The notes beneath the pieces were generated by a model, which had not been told where the DNA came from, did not search any database, and worked only from the letters and a program-made list of their open reading frames with translations. Positions 51,034 to 62,155 of a stretch of DNA of 64,000 nucleotides are shown in pieces. Origin of the DNA: an uncultured Alphaproteobacteria bacterium (GTDB lineage Bacteria; Pseudomonadota; Alphaproteobacteria; Sphingomonadales; Sphingomonadaceae); the NCBI GenBank assembly GCA_963765775.1, contig CAVXXQ010000007.1:57769-121768 (forward strand). The letters are read 5' to 3'. Position 1 is the stretch's first letter. Each line of letters begins with the position of its first letter. Both the position numbers and the translations under genes were made by a program.

Positions 51034-52403
51034 CCTTTTGCCTTCTCGGCCGCCTTCTTCTTCTTCATCGCGTCATGGAAGCGGTCGGCCCAGCCGTCCT
51101 TTACGAGCTGCTCGGCGCGGACCATGCGCAACTCGCCCGCAGCGACATCGCGGCTCACGGCCGATCCTGCGGCGACAATCGCGTCGGCCCCGATGGTGAC
51201 GGGCGCGATCAGCGACGAATTCGATCCGATGAAGGCGCCCGGGCCAATCACTGTCTTGTACTTGAAGTAGCCGTCATAATTGCAGGTGATGGTGCCCGCG
51301 CCAATGTTCGCGCCCGCGCCGATGGTGGCATCGCCCAGATAGGTGAGATGGCTCGCCTTGGCACCTTCGCCCAGCACCGCGTTCTTCACCTCGACGAAGT
51401 TGCCAATGAAGCTATTCTTCCCGAGCACCGTGCCCGGCCGCAGGCGCGCGAAGGGCCCGACCTTGACGCCGCTTGCAAGGCTCGCGCCTTCGATGTGGCT
51501 GTTGGCGCGGATCAGTACCTTATCGGCAATCGACACGCCGGGGCCGAAGAAGACATTGGGCTCGATGGTGACGTCCCGGCCCACTTGCGTGTCCCAGCTG
51601 AAGAACACAGTCTCGGGCGCGATCAGGGTCGCGCCGTCGTCCATTGCGCTGAGGCGGCGAGCGGCCTGCCAACGGCCTTCGGCACCGGCGAGTTCGGCGC
51701 GGCTGTTGATGCCCGCAACCTCGTCAGCGCTGTCGGCGATGATGACCGCACAGGTGCGCCCATCGGCAATCGCGATGTTGACGATGTCGGGGAGGTAATA
51801 CTCGCTCTGCGCATTGTCGTTGCCAACCCGCGCCAGCAGCGCGAAGAGGTCTTCGCTGCGTGCCGCGAGCAATCCTGAATTGCACAAGCGGCAAGCGCGC
51901 TCACCCTCGTCGGCGTCCTTGAATTCGACCATCTTGATGATCGTCCCGGCGTCGTCAGCAATCACGCGGCCATAGGCAAGCGGTTCGGCAGGCTCGAAGC
52001 CGAGCACCACTGCTGCAGGTTTATCCGCCCCGTGCAGGCGTTCGAGCATCGCCCGCATCGTCGAAGCCTTCACGAAGGGCACGTCGCCATAGAGCACCAG
52101 CACGTCACCGACGAAGCTCTGCAATGCGCCCTCGGCCTGCTGCACCGCGTGGGCGGTGCCGAGCTGCGGTTCTTGCAGGCAGGTCGCAGCCCGCGTGCCC
52201 ACGGCTGCCTCGATTTGCTCGCGCCCCGCGCCGACGACCACGGCCGTCCGCTCCGGCCCGAGCTCCGCGACGCTCGCCATCAGGTGTTCGAGCATCGGCC
52301 GCCCAGCGATCTGGTGCAGCACCTTGTGCGTATCGCTCTTCATGCGGGTGCCCTTGCCGGCGGCAAGAATGATGGCGGCAAAGGAGTGGGTCGTGGTGGT
52401 CAT
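51030..52403 (-). CDS. glmU: Bifunctional UDP-GlcNAc pyrophosphorylase / GlcN-1-P acetyltransferase
   Basis: LAAGKGTRMKS, QLGTAHAV, YGDVP, hexapeptide repeats, GAGTITCNYDG; start re-picked at ATG 52403. Confidence 0.97.
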   Translation of the reverse strand: MTTTTHSFAAIILAAGKGTRMKSDTHKVLHQIAGRPMLEHLMASVAELGPERTAVVVGAGREQIEAAVGTRAATCLQEPQLGTAHAVQQAEGALQSFVGDVLVLYGDVPFVKASTMRAMLERLHGADKPAAVVLGFEPAEPLAYGRVIADDAGTIIKMVEFKDADEGERACRLCNSGLLAARSEDLFALLARVGNDNAQSEYYLPDIVNIAIADGRTCAVIIADSADEVAGINSRAELAGAEGRWQAARRLSAMDDGATLIAPETVFFSWDTQVGRDVTIEPNVFFGPGVSIADKVLIRANSHIEGASLASGVKVGPFARLRPGTVLGKNSFIGNFVEVKNAVLGEGAKASHLTYLGDATIGAGANIGAGTITCNYDGYFKYKTVIGPGAFIGSNSSLIAPVTIGADAIVAAGSAVSRDVAAGELRMVRAEQLVKDGWADRFHDAMKKKKAAEKAKG

Positions 52404-52495
52404 GATTGCGTCCTTAGGCAAAGCCGTCGCTGCCAGCAATTGCTTGCGGTTTGAAGTCGCATCCGCCACGCCGCCGCTGATTTTTGGAGACCGCC

Positions 52496-53191
52496 ATGAC
52501 CGACATCCCCTTCGACGCGATCGGCTTCGATCTCGACGGCACCTTGCTCGACACCTTCCGTGACTTGGGCGCAGCGGTGAACCATGCGCTGGTACTCGGC
52601 GGTTTCCATGAGGTGTCGGTGGAGAGCAGCAAGGACCTCATCGGCGGCGGGGCCAAGATCATGCTCGCCCGCGCGGTGGACGCGCAAGGCGGACTGCCGG
52701 AAGTCGAGTTCAAGCGGCTCTACAAAGCGATGCTGGGCTATTACGAGGCGCATAATGCCGTTCACACCGCGCCTTACCCCGGTGTGCGCGAGGCGCTCGC
52801 CGAACTGGCGGAGCGCGGCGTGCGGATGGTGGTGGTCACCAACAAGTTCGAAGCCTTTGCCCGCAACGTGCTCACCCAACTCGATCTGATCGACCAATTC
52901 GAGACCGTGATCGGCGGGGATTCGATGGGCAAGGGGCCGGACGGCCAGTTCCTCGCCAAGCCCCACCCCGCCCCGGTCATCAAGGCGCACGAGGTGACTG
53001 GCAGCGGCCGTTTCGTGTTCATCGGCGATTCCACCTATGATGCGCGCGCCGCCAAGGCGGCCGGCGTGCCCTTTGTCGCGGCGGCCTATGGCTATTGCGA
53101 TGCGCCTGCGCACGAGATGGGCGCGGATGCGGTTATCGATTCGTTCGCAGAGCTGATTCCCGCTCTTGCAGGCCTTCGCCTCGCCGCCTGA
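52496..53191 (+). CDS. gph: HAD hydrolase, phosphoglycolate phosphatase-like
   Basis: FDLDGTL, VTNK, KPHP, IGDS. Confidence 0.88.
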   Translation: MTDIPFDAIGFDLDGTLLDTFRDLGAAVNHALVLGGFHEVSVESSKDLIGGGAKIMLARAVDAQGGLPEVEFKRLYKAMLGYYEAHNAVHTAPYPGVREALAELAERGVRMVVVTNKFEAFARNVLTQLDLIDQFETVIGGDSMGKGPDGQFLAKPHPAPVIKAHEVTGSGRFVFIGDSTYDARAAKAAGVPFVAAAYGYCDAPAHEMGADAVIDSFAELIPALAGLRLAA

Positions 53192-53329
53192 CCCTACGGC
53201 ATCGCCTCCTGCCTTTTCCACTGTTGCAAGCGCTGCGCGAAAGTGCCACGCAGCGCGCCGCATATCGGTTTACGCGGGCGTAAAGCGCAACGGCGCGCCG
53301 CCCTCTCACACGCACAGGAGAGAACAGTC

Positions 53330-54259
53330 ATGACCATCAGCTTCAAGGACAAGGTCGCCATCGTCACCGGTGCCGGCGGCGGGCTCGGCAGGGCCTATGC
53401 GCTCGAACTCGCCCGGCGCGGCGCAAAGGTCGTCGTCAACGACCTCGGCGGCTCGCGCGATGGCACCGGAACCTCGGACGCAGCAGCCGAAGTCGTCGCC
53501 GAAATCGAGGCAATGGGCGGCGAAGCAATCGCCAACGGCCATTCGGTGACCGAATACGAGCAGATGGAAGCGATGGTCGCAGCAGCCAAGGAAAAGTGGG
53601 GCGGCATCCACGTCCTCATCAACAACGCCGGCGTGCTGCGCGACAAGACCTTCATCAAGATGGAGCCCGCCGACTTCGAATTCGTCGTCAAGGTGCACCT
53701 CACCGGATCGGCCTTCGCCACCAAGGCGTGCTGGGAAACCATGCGCGAGCAGGGCTATGGCCGCATCCTGATGACCGCGTCCTCGACCGGCTTGTTCGGC
53801 AATTTTGGCCAGGCCAACTACGGCGCGGCGAAGCTCGGCCTTGCGGGTCTGACCAAGACGCTGGCGCTGGAAGGCGCGAAGTACAACGTGCGCTGCAACA
53901 CCCTGTCGCCGGTGGCGGGCACCCGCATGACGCAGGACCTCTTCCCCGAGGAGGCCTTCAAGCTCTTCGCGCCTGAAAACGTCGTTCCGGCCGCGCTCTA
54001 CCTCGTCTCCGAGGACGCGCCCACCAACGCCATCGTCGGCGCGGGCGCAGGCGGCTTCCACTCCTCGTGGACCGTCATGAACGACGCCGTTTGGCTGCCG
54101 GAAGGCGAGCGGACCGTCGAAGGCTTTGCCGAGCGTTGGGAAGAAATCAATTCCTTCACCAACCTCATCGCCCCGCAATCGGGCAGCGAGCAGTCGGGCA
54201 ATATCCTGAGGGCGATGCAGAAGGTCACCGGCACCGGGCCTGCCAGCGCGCGCGGCTGA
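53330..54259 (+). CDS. SDR oxidoreductase (MFE-2/HSD17B4-like hydroxyacyl-CoA dehydrogenase)
   Basis: [39 protein letters not shown]; AGGAG RBS before ATG 53330. Confidence 0.92.
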   Translation: MTISFKDKVAIVTGAGGGLGRAYALELARRGAKVVVNDLGGSRDGTGTSDAAAEVVAEIEAMGGEAIANGHSVTEYEQMEAMVAAAKEKWGGIHVLINNAGVLRDKTFIKMEPADFEFVVKVHLTGSAFATKACWETMREQGYGRILMTASSTGLFGNFGQANYGAAKLGLAGLTKTLALEGAKYNVRCNTLSPVAGTRMTQDLFPEEAFKLFAPENVVPAALYLVSEDAPTNAIVGAGAGGFHSSWTVMNDAVWLPEGERTVEGFAERWEEINSFTNLIAPQSGSEQSGNILRAMQKVTGTGPASARG

Positions 54260-54282
54260 TCTGATCATAAGCGGAATTGAGG

Positions 54283-54314
54283 AGGCCCGTCCCTGCAAGG
54301 GGGCGGGCCTTTTC
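54283..54314 (+). terminator. Rho-independent terminator
   Basis: AGGCCCGTCCC..GGGGCGGGCCT followed by TTT, between convergent genes. Confidence 0.8.
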
Positions 54315-54326
54315 CTTGTGCTGTCC

Positions 54327-54692
54327 TTAGTCCTCCACCGCCTTGAACAGCCGCCGCTCCATCGGGGCGAGGACGTTGGCGAGGTCGTGGCCGCGCTTCA
54401 GCACCTGGCCGTGCTCCCCAAACAAGGTCCACATCCCCTGCTTGCCGCGCAGCGATGGACGCTTCTCGACCCGTGCTTGCGGGCGCTCGGCGGCGCGGCG
54501 GAAGGCGGCGAATGTTGCGGCCTGACGGGTGAAGTCCATCGCGTAATCGCGCCACTCGCCTGCCGCGACCATGCGGCCGTAGAAGTCGAGGATACGCATC
54601 AGCTCAGCGCGTTCGAAGCCGACCTGATCCGCAGCGCGCGCCGGGAAGGGAAGCACCTGTCCTGGACCACCCGGGGTCTGGGGTGCAGCCAT
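54327..54692 (-). CDS. DUF2794 family protein
   Basis: FERAEL..ILDFYGRMVAAGEWRDYA..LKRGHDL. Confidence 0.88.
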   Translation of the reverse strand: MAAPQTPGGPGQVLPFPARAADQVGFERAELMRILDFYGRMVAAGEWRDYAMDFTRQAATFAAFRRAAERPQARVEKRPSLRGKQGMWTLFGEHGQVLKRGHDLANVLAPMERRLFKAVED

Positions 54693-54700
54693 CCTCGCGT

Positions 54701-55483
54701 TCAGTCTTTCGCCGCCCGCTTGCGCAGACGCACTGGTGCGCTGGCCAGTGCAGGGGCCTGTGCAGGGGACGTCTCAGGAGCCAGTTCAGGCGCCGGCAGG
54801 GCACGCTCGGTGAGCAGCGCCTTCATCGCCGCCATCTCCTCGCGCATCGCGGCGACTTCGCCTTCGAGCTTCTCGATGCAGTCGCGGCGCGGGCGGCCCT
54901 GATCGTCGCAGGGCGGATCGTCGCAGGGGGTGCCATAGGGGACGAAGTCGCGCATCCATTCCTCGGCCGGCACCAGCGTCGAACGAGCCTTGATCCCGAC
55001 CATCGTCGCGCCCGCAGGCACGTCCTCGGTCACGACCGCATTGGCGCCGACGCGCGCGCGCTCACCGACCACGATCGGGCCGATGATTTGCGCGCCCGAA
55101 CCGATGATGACATTGTCCGCAAGCGTCGGGTGGCGCTTGCCGCCCTTGCCGTTGGCGGGATTGGTCCCGCCGAGCGTCACGCATTGGTAGATCGTGACAT
55201 TGTCGCCAATCTCCGCCGTCTCGCCGATCACGGTGAAACCGTGGTCGATGAAGAAGTTTTTCCCGATGGTCGCACCGGGGTGGATATCGATCGCGGTCAG
55301 CAGGCGCCCGATGTGATTGACGGCGCGCGCAAGGAAATAGAGCTGCGCCTCGAACAGCCAGTGCGCGACGCGGTGAAAACCCATCGCCCAGACGCCGGGA
55401 TAAAGCAGGATCTCCCAACGCGAACGCGGCGCGGGGTCGCGTGCGCGGATCGAGTCCAGATAACTGACAAGTTGTTCGAGCAT
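54701..55483 (-). CDS. cysE: Serine O-acetyltransferase
   Basis: RDPA, LYPG, IDIHPGA, FIDHG, GKRHPT, GANAVV. Confidence 0.94.
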   Translation of the reverse strand: MLEQLVSYLDSIRARDPAPRSRWEILLYPGVWAMGFHRVAHWLFEAQLYFLARAVNHIGRLLTAIDIHPGATIGKNFFIDHGFTVIGETAEIGDNVTIYQCVTLGGTNPANGKGGKRHPTLADNVIIGSGAQIIGPIVVGERARVGANAVVTEDVPAGATMVGIKARSTLVPAEEWMRDFVPYGTPCDDPPCDDQGRPRRDCIEKLEGEVAAMREEMAAMKALLTERALPAPELAPETSPAQAPALASAPVRLRKRAAKD

Positions 55484-55545
55484 TGCCCCTCAACATCCCA
55501 CCAAAGCGCGGCCGATGCAATCGCGCCGCCTGATCAACACAGTGT

Positions 55546-56208
55546 TCAAAGCAGGCGCTGCTGTTCGGGCCCGTGAAGAGCCTCGAGCGCCGCTCGCCAA
55601 ACAGACATGGTGGCAGGCGTCTGGCGTTCAAGGGAAATGCGGTCGATCGCTGCCACCAACGCCTCGATCGCAGCGAAACTACGGACCGTTCGGGGCACCA
55701 GATAATCGGCCGCACCCTCGGGCAGCGAGAGCCCGCGCTGCTCCGCATGGGCGAGGATCAGCTCGCCCGCCATGTCATCGTCTGGGGCCTGGATCGCGAG
55801 CTGGAGCGAACCGCCGATGCGAGAGGCGAGGTCCGGCAGCGCAATGTGCCATCCGCCGTGTTCCTCATCCGCGTTGGCGATGAGAAGCAGCGCTCCGCCT
55901 TCCCGCAGACCGCCCTTCTGCACAGCGTTCCAGCGGTGGAACAGCTCGGTTTCGTCGAGGGTCTCGGCATTGTCGAGAACCTCGAGGCGCTCGGCGCCCA
56001 GATGCGCGCGCGCCCAGCGGCCGATCAGCGACTTGCCCGACCGCTGCGGCCCGGTCAGCACCGCGACATGGAAAGGCCAGCGTTCGGGCCTCTGCAACGC
56101 CTCGATCACCGCTGCATTGCCATTGCCGATCACGATCCGTTGAGCGCTGCCAGGCATGCGCCCGGCCAGCGGCAGGGCGATCTGCGACGGAATGTCATTT
56201 TCGCTCAT
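55546..56208 (-). CDS. hdaA: DnaA regulatory inactivator Hda/HdaA
   Basis: N-terminal QIALPL clamp-binding motif, [19 protein letters not shown]; downstream of the gene divergent from purM. Confidence 0.85.
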   Translation of the reverse strand: MSENDIPSQIALPLAGRMPGSAQRIVIGNGNAAVIEALQRPERWPFHVAVLTGPQRSGKSLIGRWARAHLGAERLEVLDNAETLDETELFHRWNAVQKGGLREGGALLLIANADEEHGGWHIALPDLASRIGGSLQLAIQAPDDDMAGELILAHAEQRGLSLPEGAADYLVPRTVRSFAAIEALVAAIDRISLERQTPATMSVWRAALEALHGPEQQRLL

Positions 56209-56219
56209 CAGCCTCAGCC

Positions 56220-57509
56220 TCAGCGGCTGATGGCGAGCGCGTTCGCCCCTCGCCGCACGCTGAACCCCCGCGCTTCAAGCGCCGCGGCGAGTTCATCAAG
56301 CGAGCCGGCATAGCTCACCGCCATCACCGATGTGCCGCCGATCGCGGTGCTGGTCACGCCCACGCCGCGCACGCCGCCCGTGCCGCGCACCGCGCCGAGC
56401 GAGGTGTCGAAGGTGCCGGCATCAGGCGTCGCGAACTGCACAGTGATGAGCCGCACCTGCGCCTCGCCCGGCTCGCTACCAGTCACCGGCTGCGCCTCGA
56501 TCCGCGGAACCGCCCCAGTTGCCAGTGCCGCCTCGGTTGCCCGGCGCGCCTGCGCAGCGCGGCCAATGTCGATCAGCCGCTGGATAGCCGCATCGATCTG
56601 CCCCGCGCCGCCCAGCCGCAGCGACGGATCGGGCCGCAGCTTCCCGGAATTGAGCGCGGCGGAAAATACTCCGTCGAACCGCTCGACCGCCTGCGCCAGC
56701 ATATCGGCCAGCGCGTCGGGGCTGTCAGCCTTGAGCGTGAAGGTTTCGAGCGGGCGGCTGTCGGGGCCGTAGCGCGCGGTGAAGGTGCCGTTGACCGGCC
56801 CACCGGGGAACTGATGCTCAAGCCGAGCGAAGGCCATCAGCACGTCGGTCGCGCCATACTGGTCGAGCGTCGTGCGCCACCAGCCACGGCTGCGGCGGGT
56901 AGCCTGCCCGAAATTGACCAGCAGCGAATCGCCCCCTGCCCCGTTGAGGCGCACGTAGTCGATCCGGCTCGCGCCAGGATTGAACTCGGCCCAGGCGCGC
57001 TGCCAGGGGTTGCGCTGTTCGAAGGTGATGTAGGCGCCGCCGCTTTCCACGACCGGGATGAGCAGCAGCGGGGCCGAACGGCTCGCCTGCTGCGCTCCGC
57101 CGAGATAGCCCCGGGCGCGCTGACGGTCGAAGACCACGCCGAGCGTCGCGATGTAGCGGCGCGGGCCCAGCCGCTCGCGCTCGATCACGATCGCCGAGAC
57201 GAGGCCTGCAAGCTGCCCTTCGGAAAGCTGCGGGCCGCCGAGTTTGGCCCAGGCCTGCTTCTGCGCCTCGCGCCAGCCATTCGCGCGCGCATCTTCGGCG
57301 CTCTTGCCAGACACGTCGACGCTGATGCCCTTGACCTCGATGTCGGCGCTGGCGGCGGTCGGCGCGATGCCGCGTTCGCCCGCAATCTGCGCCAACACGG
57401 CATAGCCACCGCCCAGCAATGCAAGCGCGATACCCGCACTGCCCAGCCATCTGCGCAGCGGCGAAGAAAGGGCGGCAACAGGGCCGGGAGGGGGAAGCGG
57501 ATCGCTCAT
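56220..57509 (-). CDS. Exported protein (DUF2066-like N-terminus, small C-terminal ferredoxin-like domain)
   Basis: TM/signal, [31 protein letters not shown]; lies between purM and hdaA; start re-picked at ATG 57509. Confidence 0.75.
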   Translation of the reverse strand: MSDPLPPPGPVAALSSPLRRWLGSAGIALALLGGGYAVLAQIAGERGIAPTAASADIEVKGISVDVSGKSAEDARANGWREAQKQAWAKLGGPQLSEGQLAGLVSAIVIERERLGPRRYIATLGVVFDRQRARGYLGGAQQASRSAPLLLIPVVESGGAYITFEQRNPWQRAWAEFNPGASRIDYVRLNGAGGDSLLVNFGQATRRSRGWWRTTLDQYGATDVLMAFARLEHQFPGGPVNGTFTARYGPDSRPLETFTLKADSPDALADMLAQAVERFDGVFSAALNSGKLRPDPSLRLGGAGQIDAAIQRLIDIGRAAQARRATEAALATGAVPRIEAQPVTGSEPGEAQVRLITVQFATPDAGTFDTSLGAVRGTGGVRGVGVTSTAIGGTSVMAVSYAGSLDELAAALEARGFSVRRGANALAISR

Positions 57510-57578
57510 GGGGAAAATCGCAAGTCCTTTGCCCAATGGCGAGTGGAATTCCAAGCGCGAACAGCTATGGCGGCGTGC

Positions 57579-58700
57579 ATGACTTCGGGGACAAATGACG
57601 AGAGCGCGCCGAAAGGCACAGGCTACACCTATGCCGATGCGGGCGTATCGATCGCTGCGGGCAATGCGCTGGTCAAGGCCATCGCCCCGCTGGCGAAGGC
57701 CACCGCGCGTCCGGGCGCGACGAGCGAGCTGGGCGGTTTCGGCGGGTTTTTCGATCCCAAGGCGGCAGGCTATACCGATCCGCTGCTGGTCGCGGCGAAC
57801 GACGGCGTCGGCACCAAGCTGAAGCTTGCGATCGAGTATGACCGGCACGACACCGTCGGCATCGATCTGGTCGCGATGTGCGTCAACGATCTCATCGTGC
57901 AGGGCGCAGAGCCGCTGTTCTTCCTCGACTACTTCGCCACAGGCAAGCTGGAGAATGGCGATGCTGAACGCGTGATCGCGGGAATCGCCGAAGGCTGCAA
58001 AATGGCCGGCTGCGCGCTGATCGGCGGCGAGACGGCGGAGATGCCGGGCATGTATGCGCCCGGCGACTACGACCTTGCCGGCTTCTGTGTCGGCGCGGTG
58101 GAGCGCGGCGAGCAGCTCACTGGCGACAAGGTCGCGCCGGGCGACGTGCTGCTCGGGCTAGCGTCGAGCGGCGTCCACTCCAACGGCTATTCGCTGGTCC
58201 GCAGGCTGGCGGCCGACAAGGGCTGGAAGCTCAATCGCCCCGCCCTGTTCGATCAGGATCAATTGCTGATCGATGCACTGATCGCGCCGACGCGCATCTA
58301 TGTCGCAAGCCTGCTACCGCTGATCCGCGAAGGGATGATCAACGCGCTCGCTCACATCACCGGCGGCGGGTTGCTCGAGAACATCCCGCGCATCCTGCCC
58401 GGCGGCGCGCATGCCCATGTCGATGCCGACTTGTGGGCCCAACCCCGGCTCATGGCTTTCCTGCAGGCACAGGGACATATCGAGCCTGAGGAAATGGCGC
58501 GCACCTTCAATTGCGGGGTCGGCATGGTGCTGGCCGTCGCGGCGGACAAGGTCGCCGAGGTGACGGAGCGGCTCGAAGCGGCGGGCGAGACGGTCGTGAC
58601 CGTCGGGCTGATCGAAGCGGGCGAAAAGGGCTGTACGGTGCGCGGATCGGTCGAGACATGGTCCGCCAAGGCCGGTTGGAGCGCGACGCACCTTGGCTGA
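57579..58700 (+). CDS. purM: Phosphoribosylformylglycinamidine cyclo-ligase
   Basis: [57 protein letters not shown]. Confidence 0.97.
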   Translation: MTSGTNDESAPKGTGYTYADAGVSIAAGNALVKAIAPLAKATARPGATSELGGFGGFFDPKAAGYTDPLLVAANDGVGTKLKLAIEYDRHDTVGIDLVAMCVNDLIVQGAEPLFFLDYFATGKLENGDAERVIAGIAEGCKMAGCALIGGETAEMPGMYAPGDYDLAGFCVGAVERGEQLTGDKVAPGDVLLGLASSGVHSNGYSLVRRLAADKGWKLNRPALFDQDQLLIDALIAPTRIYVASLLPLIREGMINALAHITGGGLLENIPRILPGGAHAHVDADLWAQPRLMAFLQAQGHIEPEEMARTFNCGVGMVLAVAADKVAEVTERLEAAGETVVTVGLIEAGEKGCTVRGSVETWSAKAGWSATHLG

Positions 58701-59658
58701 AAAAGCCCGCATCGCCGTCCTCATTTCGGGCGCGGGGACCAATATGGCCGCGCTGGTCTATGCCAGCCGGATCGGCGAATGCCCCTACGAGGTGGTGCTG
58801 GTCGCCAGCAATGATCCGGACGCACCCGGCCTCGCGCTCGCCGCGGCAGAGGGGATCGCCACCTTCGCTTTGCCGCACAAGGGGCTCACCCGCGAAGCGC
58901 ATGACGCAAGCATGGAGGCTGCGGTGCTGGAAGCGGGCGCCGACACGATCGTGCTCGCCGGCTACATGCGCATCCTTTCGGACGGGTTCGTGGAGCGATG
59001 GGCCGGGCGGATGCTCAACATCCACCCCTCGCTGCTGCCGCTCTACAGGGGGCTGGACACCCACGCGCGCGCCATTGCGGCGGGGGATAGCCAAGGGGGC
59101 ACAAGCGTACATCTCGTAACGCCCGAGCTCGACGCGGGCGAGGTGCTGGCGCAGGTGCGCGTGCCCATCGCGCCGGGCGACACGCCCGAAACACTCGCAG
59201 AGCGGGTCAAGTTTGCTGAACATCAGCTCTACCCGCGCGCCGTTGCCGAATATGTCGGCCGCTGGCGCGATCCTGCGCATTTTCTCGAGCGGCTGCGCAC
59301 CCTCGTGCTCGCCCTCCCCGAAACCGACGAGCGCGAGAGCCACGGCAGCCCCGGCTTTCGCGTCGGGGGCGAGAAGGCGGGCAAGTTCTTCGCCTATTTC
59401 GCCGACCAGCACCACGGCACACCGCACATTGCGTTGCTGGTGCGAACCGGGTCGATGGACGAGTTGCTCAACCTCGTCGAGAGCCAGCCGGAGATCTACT
59501 TCAAGCCCGCCTATTACGGCGCGAGCGGCTGGGTGGGGATCATCCTCAACCGGCCCGGCGTGGACTGGGGCGACGTGGCCGAGTGGCTCCAGCGCAGTTG
59601 GCGCATGGTCGCGCCCAAGCGGCTGACCCGCATGATGGATATCGCGGACGAGTTCTGA
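58693..59658 (+). CDS. purN: Phosphoribosylglycinamide formyltransferase fused to a C-terminal MmcQ/YjbR domain
   Basis: [31 protein letters not shown] (about aa 1-190), then [31 protein letters not shown]. Confidence 0.92.
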   Translation: MAEKARIAVLISGAGTNMAALVYASRIGECPYEVVLVASNDPDAPGLALAAAEGIATFALPHKGLTREAHDASMEAAVLEAGADTIVLAGYMRILSDGFVERWAGRMLNIHPSLLPLYRGLDTHARAIAAGDSQGGTSVHLVTPELDAGEVLAQVRVPIAPGDTPETLAERVKFAEHQLYPRAVAEYVGRWRDPAHFLERLRTLVLALPETDERESHGSPGFRVGGEKAGKFFAYFADQHHGTPHIALLVRTGSMDELLNLVESQPEIYFKPAYYGASGWVGIILNRPGVDWGDVAEWLQRSWRMVAPKRLTRMMDIADEF

Positions 59659-60863
59659 TGCCGCCGGTCCGCGAACATCTCCTGGCGCGCGGGCCGATGG
59701 CGACCCGCGCCAACGCCTTCCTCGGCAAGGCATGGCAGCGCGGGTGGCTCCCGCCCCCTGATCTCGATGCGGACTCGCTGTGGGCGCTCGCAGCCAAACC
59801 CTACGGCCCGCATGCGGAGGCGGTGGAGCACGGCGGGCGCTCCCCCGAAGACGTCGCCGACTTCCGCGAGCGCTTCGCCCGGATGATCGCCGCCATCGAG
59901 GCCGAGGCCGATCTCAACCCGCTGGGGCGGGCGATGGCCTGGGGGCAATTGTCGCGGGTGGTCAAGAACCGCCTCGCCTTCGGCGCATTGTGGCTGGAAC
60001 GGCCCGAGCTGCTCGCCGCAACGCTTGCCCCGCCGATCATCGTCATCGGCCATATGAGGAGCGGAACGACCCGCATCCACACGCTGCTCGCCGCCGATCC
60101 GGCGCATTCGCACACCCGCTATTGCGATGCCTACCACCCGGTACCAGCGCGGCTCGGGGTGAATCGGTTGAAGGCTGCGGTGGAGCTCGCCATGCTGGGG
60201 ATGCTCAACCCGTGGATGCAGTCGATCCACCCGATGGCGGCGGGCGCGGTCGAAGAGGAGCTGGCGTGGATCTCCACCGCGCTCCATCACTCGATCTACG
60301 AAAGCCAGTGGCACATCCCGGCCTATGCGGATTGGAGCGAGGCGCGAGGGGCCTTGCCGATCTACCGCGAGTTCCACCGCATCCTGCAGACCGACGCTGC
60401 ACATCGCGGGGTCGCGGACAAACCGCGCGTGCTGAAAGTCCCCGCCTTTGCCGAGGACCTCGCCACGCTGCTGACCCTGTTCCCCGACGCCCGGCTCGTT
60501 ATCGCCGAACGCGAGCACAAGGCGGTGCTCAAGAGCGCGATCAGCCTCGCGGCGAACCAGATGGCGATGCAGTCTGACAGCTGTTCGCTTGACGCGATCG
60601 AAGCGCGCTGGCGGCACAAGATCGCGCTGCGCGAGGCGCGGATGGCTGGCGTGCTGACGGACTGGGAGGGGCACATCGCACGCGCCTCCTTCGATGATCT
60701 CAATGCCGATTGGGAGGCCGCGATCGCGCGCGTCTATGCCGATCTTGGCCTCGCCCTCATCCCCGCAGCGCTCGCCGCGATGCGCCGGACTATGGCAGCG
60801 AGCGAGGGCGGGCAGCACCACGCCCATGCCCAGCAGCTGGCGCGCTTTGCTGGGGCCGAATAG
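59658..60863 (+). CDS. Sulfotransferase family protein
   Basis: ATG 59658 overlaps the purN stop (TGATG); 5'-PSB GHMRSGTT; VLKVP; R-x7-S 3'-PB (REHKAVLKS). Confidence 0.88.
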   Translation: MPPVREHLLARGPMATRANAFLGKAWQRGWLPPPDLDADSLWALAAKPYGPHAEAVEHGGRSPEDVADFRERFARMIAAIEAEADLNPLGRAMAWGQLSRVVKNRLAFGALWLERPELLAATLAPPIIVIGHMRSGTTRIHTLLAADPAHSHTRYCDAYHPVPARLGVNRLKAAVELAMLGMLNPWMQSIHPMAAGAVEEELAWISTALHHSIYESQWHIPAYADWSEARGALPIYREFHRILQTDAAHRGVADKPRVLKVPAFAEDLATLLTLFPDARLVIAEREHKAVLKSAISLAANQMAMQSDSCSLDAIEARWRHKIALREARMAGVLTDWEGHIARASFDDLNADWEAAIARVYADLGLALIPAALAAMRRTMAASEGGQHHAHAQQLARFAGAE

Positions 60864-60864
60864 C

Positions 60865-60895
60865 AAAAGGGCCACCCCTCGCGGGACGGCCCTTT
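60865..60895. terminator. Bidirectional terminator
   Basis: AAAAGGGCC..GGCCCTTT between the convergent sulfotransferase and ndk genes. Confidence 0.7.
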
Positions 60896-60916
60896 GGCAT
60901 TCGTCAGAGCTGCAAA

Positions 60917-61339
60917 TCAGCCGACGAGTTCTTCCGGCTTGAAGAAATACGCGATTTCGATTGCCGCGTTCTCTTCCGAATCCGAACCGTGGACGGTGTT
61001 CTCGCCGATCGACAGCGCCAGTTCCTTGCGGATCGTGCCCGGAGCGGCGTCGGCGGGGTTGGTCGCGCCCATGATGTCACGGTTGCGGGTGACGGCGTCT
61101 TCGCCTTCAAGCACCTGCACCACCACCGGCTCGCTCATCATGAACTCGACGAGCTCGCCGAAGAACGGACGCTCGGAGTGGACCGCGTAGAAGCCTTCGG
61201 CCTGTTCGCGGGTCATGTGGATGCGCTTGGAAGCGACGACGCGCAGGCCGGCGTCTTCCAGCATCTTGGTGACCGCCCCTGTGAGGTTGCGGCGGGTGGC
61301 GTCGGGCTTGATGATCGAGAAGGTGCGGGTGACCGCCAT
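60917..61339 (-). CDS. ndk: Nucleoside diphosphate kinase
   Basis: [22 protein letters not shown]. Confidence 0.97.
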   Translation of the reverse strand: MAVTRTFSIIKPDATRRNLTGAVTKMLEDAGLRVVASKRIHMTREQAEGFYAVHSERPFFGELVEFMMSEPVVVQVLEGEDAVTRNRDIMGATNPADAAPGTIRKELALSIGENTVHGSDSEENAAIEIAYFFKPEELVG

Positions 61340-61507
61340 GGTATGCTCCTGTGAACGTCTTTTTATATCGGGGGGATGCTGGCCGCGCCCCTAGATGCTG
61401 CGCTGCAAAATGGCAAGCACCAGCGCACCGCGCCCCCGTGCGCCGTGGTTCCCATCAGGCGGCAGCCGTGGTATGCCTTGGCGGGGGACGGTAAAGGGGG
61501 GAACATC

Positions 61508-62146
61508 ATGGATTACGATCACAAGCTTTCGCGGCGGCATTTTGCAGGCGCTGCCATCACTGCAGTGGGACTGGTCGCCAGCGGCGGGATCGCGCGCGCG
61601 GCCGAGCCAGCGCTGACAGCCGGAGGCCCGCTCGGGCCGTTCTACCCGATCATGCGTCCGAGTGACGACGACTTCGACATGACCCAGATCAAGGGCAACG
61701 CCGGACGCGCGCTCGGCCGGGTGATCGAAGTCACGGGCCGGGTGCTCGACCGCAAAGGCAATCCGGTGAGCGGCGCCGAGCTGGAGCTTTGGCAATGCAA
61801 CTCTGCCGGACGCTACGCCCATCCGGGCGACGTTGCCACGGCACCGCTCGATCCCAATTTCCAAGGGTCCGCGCGGCTGATCACAGGCGCGACCGGCGAG
61901 TGGCGGGTGCGCACCATCAAGCCGTCAGGCTATGACAGTCCGATCGGCTGGCGCACCCCGCACGTCCACTTCGACATCAAGGGCCGTCAGCACCGGCTCA
62001 TCACGCAGATGTATTTCACCGAGGACTATGCGGCCAACAGCAAAGACGCGCTCTACAACGAGCTCGGCGAGGACGCCGTGACGGCAATGGCGAAGCAGGC
62101 CGAAGCCGATAAGTACCGCTGGGACATCGTGCTCTTCGAGACCTGA
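61508..62146 (+). CDS. Tat-exported intradiol dioxygenase-like protein
   Basis: SRRHF leader; GPFY, WQCNSAGRY, KPSGY, RTPHVHF (Tyr, Tyr, His, His ligands); start re-picked at ATG 61508. Confidence 0.87.
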   Translation: MDYDHKLSRRHFAGAAITAVGLVASGGIARAAEPALTAGGPLGPFYPIMRPSDDDFDMTQIKGNAGRALGRVIEVTGRVLDRKGNPVSGAELELWQCNSAGRYAHPGDVATAPLDPNFQGSARLITGATGEWRVRTIKPSGYDSPIGWRTPHVHFDIKGRQHRLITQMYFTEDYAANSKDALYNELGEDAVTAMAKQAEADKYRWDIVLFET

Positions 62147-62155
62147 GGCGGGGGC

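Noticed and set aside
56814-57578. 255-aa N-terminal extension of PurM in the ORF track
   Set aside because: Overlaps the opposite-strand gene; PurM homology begins near ATG 57579
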